Below, piece after piece: positions 63,241 through 64,000 of a DNA stretch of 64,000 nucleotides. Both the position numbers and the translations under genes were made by a program. The stretch is from Callorhinchus milii (Eukaryota). The notes beneath the pieces are model-generated. The model saw nothing but the letters and a program-made list of their open reading frames with translations, was not told the origin of the DNA and searched no databases. The DNA lies in NCBI RefSeq assembly GCF_018977255.1, contig NW_024704743.1, forward strand, positions 310,001 to 374,000, read 5' to 3'. Within the stretch, counting starts at the first letter, position 1. Every line of letters starts with the position of its first letter.

Positions 63241-63835
63241 TCCTCTCTTTCTTCCCCTTCTCTCACTCTCCCCTCCCCTCCCACCCCCCCCAACCCCCCT
63301 CTCACTCTCTCATTCTCTTCTCCCACTCTCTCCCATCCCATCTCTCTCTACCATCCCATCCTTTCTCTCTCCCCCATCCCATCCTTTCTCTCACTCCCAT
63401 CCCATCCTTTCACTCCCATCCCATCTTTTCTCTCTCTCATCCCATCCCATCCTTTCTCGCTCTCCCATCCCATCCTTTCTCTCTCTCATCCCATCCAATC
63501 CTTTCTCTCTCCCATCCCATCCTTTCTCTCTCCCTTCTCCTCTCTCTCTCATCCCATCCCTTCTCTCTCTCCCTTCTCCTCTCTCTCATCCCATCTCTCT
63601 CTCCCTTCTCCTCTCTCTCATCCCATCCCTTCTCTCTCTCCCTTCTCCTCTCTCTTTCTCCCACCCCCCCTCCCGTTCTTCCCCCCTTCTCACTCTCTAC
63701 CCCCCTGCATTTCTTTCTCCCCCATCTTTCCCCCCCTCTCTCTCTCCCACCCCCCATCCTCTCCAGTTCTCTCTCCATCCCTTTCCCCATCTCTCTCTCC
63801 CCCCCCCCCCCCCATCCCTGCTCCCCTCACCTCCC
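63240..63835. repeat. Polypyrimidine/polypurine low-complexity tract (CTCTCTCATCCCATCC...)
   Basis: About 600 bp almost devoid of G on the + strand. Confidence 0.9.
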
Positions 63836-64000
63836 CAATCCTTACCTGCAGCTGATGACCATTAAACACACATTTTCTTCTTATTTGGCAGAAAAATGAC
63901 ACCAAGAAAAAGTTTATGTTCCTTAAAAGTTTGAAAGGACCTTAAACCTGACCAGTCTGTGATGACTGTGTGTCTCTGACTTTACTCTGATCTCTGTCTG

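Noticed and set aside
62651..63865. 404-aa Ser/Pro/Leu ORF
   Set aside because: Read-through of decayed L2 plus a polypyrimidine tract.

Overview
Repeat-rich vertebrate genomic DNA, most likely from a cartilaginous fish (inferred from the tRNA/Deu-type SINEs and the L2/CR1 landscape; possibly a chimaera). The minus strand carries a complete five-exon MYD88 CDS (62473->59738, 287 aa). Downstream of it lie the CpG-island promoter and coding exons 1-5 of the STE20-family kinase OXSR1 (55005->23741), the same MYD88-OXSR1 order as in mammals. Bases 1-22295 are a near-identical second copy of ~32866-54800 (OXSR1 intron 1 to intron 4, with exons 2-4), joined across a 30-N gap. This is most probably a haplotig (false) duplication, but it exposes allelic differences, including a SINE presence/absence site. 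The most notable non-coding observations are a degenerate ~113-bp tandem array with 13 co-oriented CCAAT boxes at the OXSR1 promoter, a perfect 32-bp-stem palindrome in OXSR1 intron 4, and an L2 fragment filling MYD88 intron 3 between two copies of the exon-4 splice acceptor. No novel multi-gene system, CRISPR array or bona fide RNA gene could be supported.
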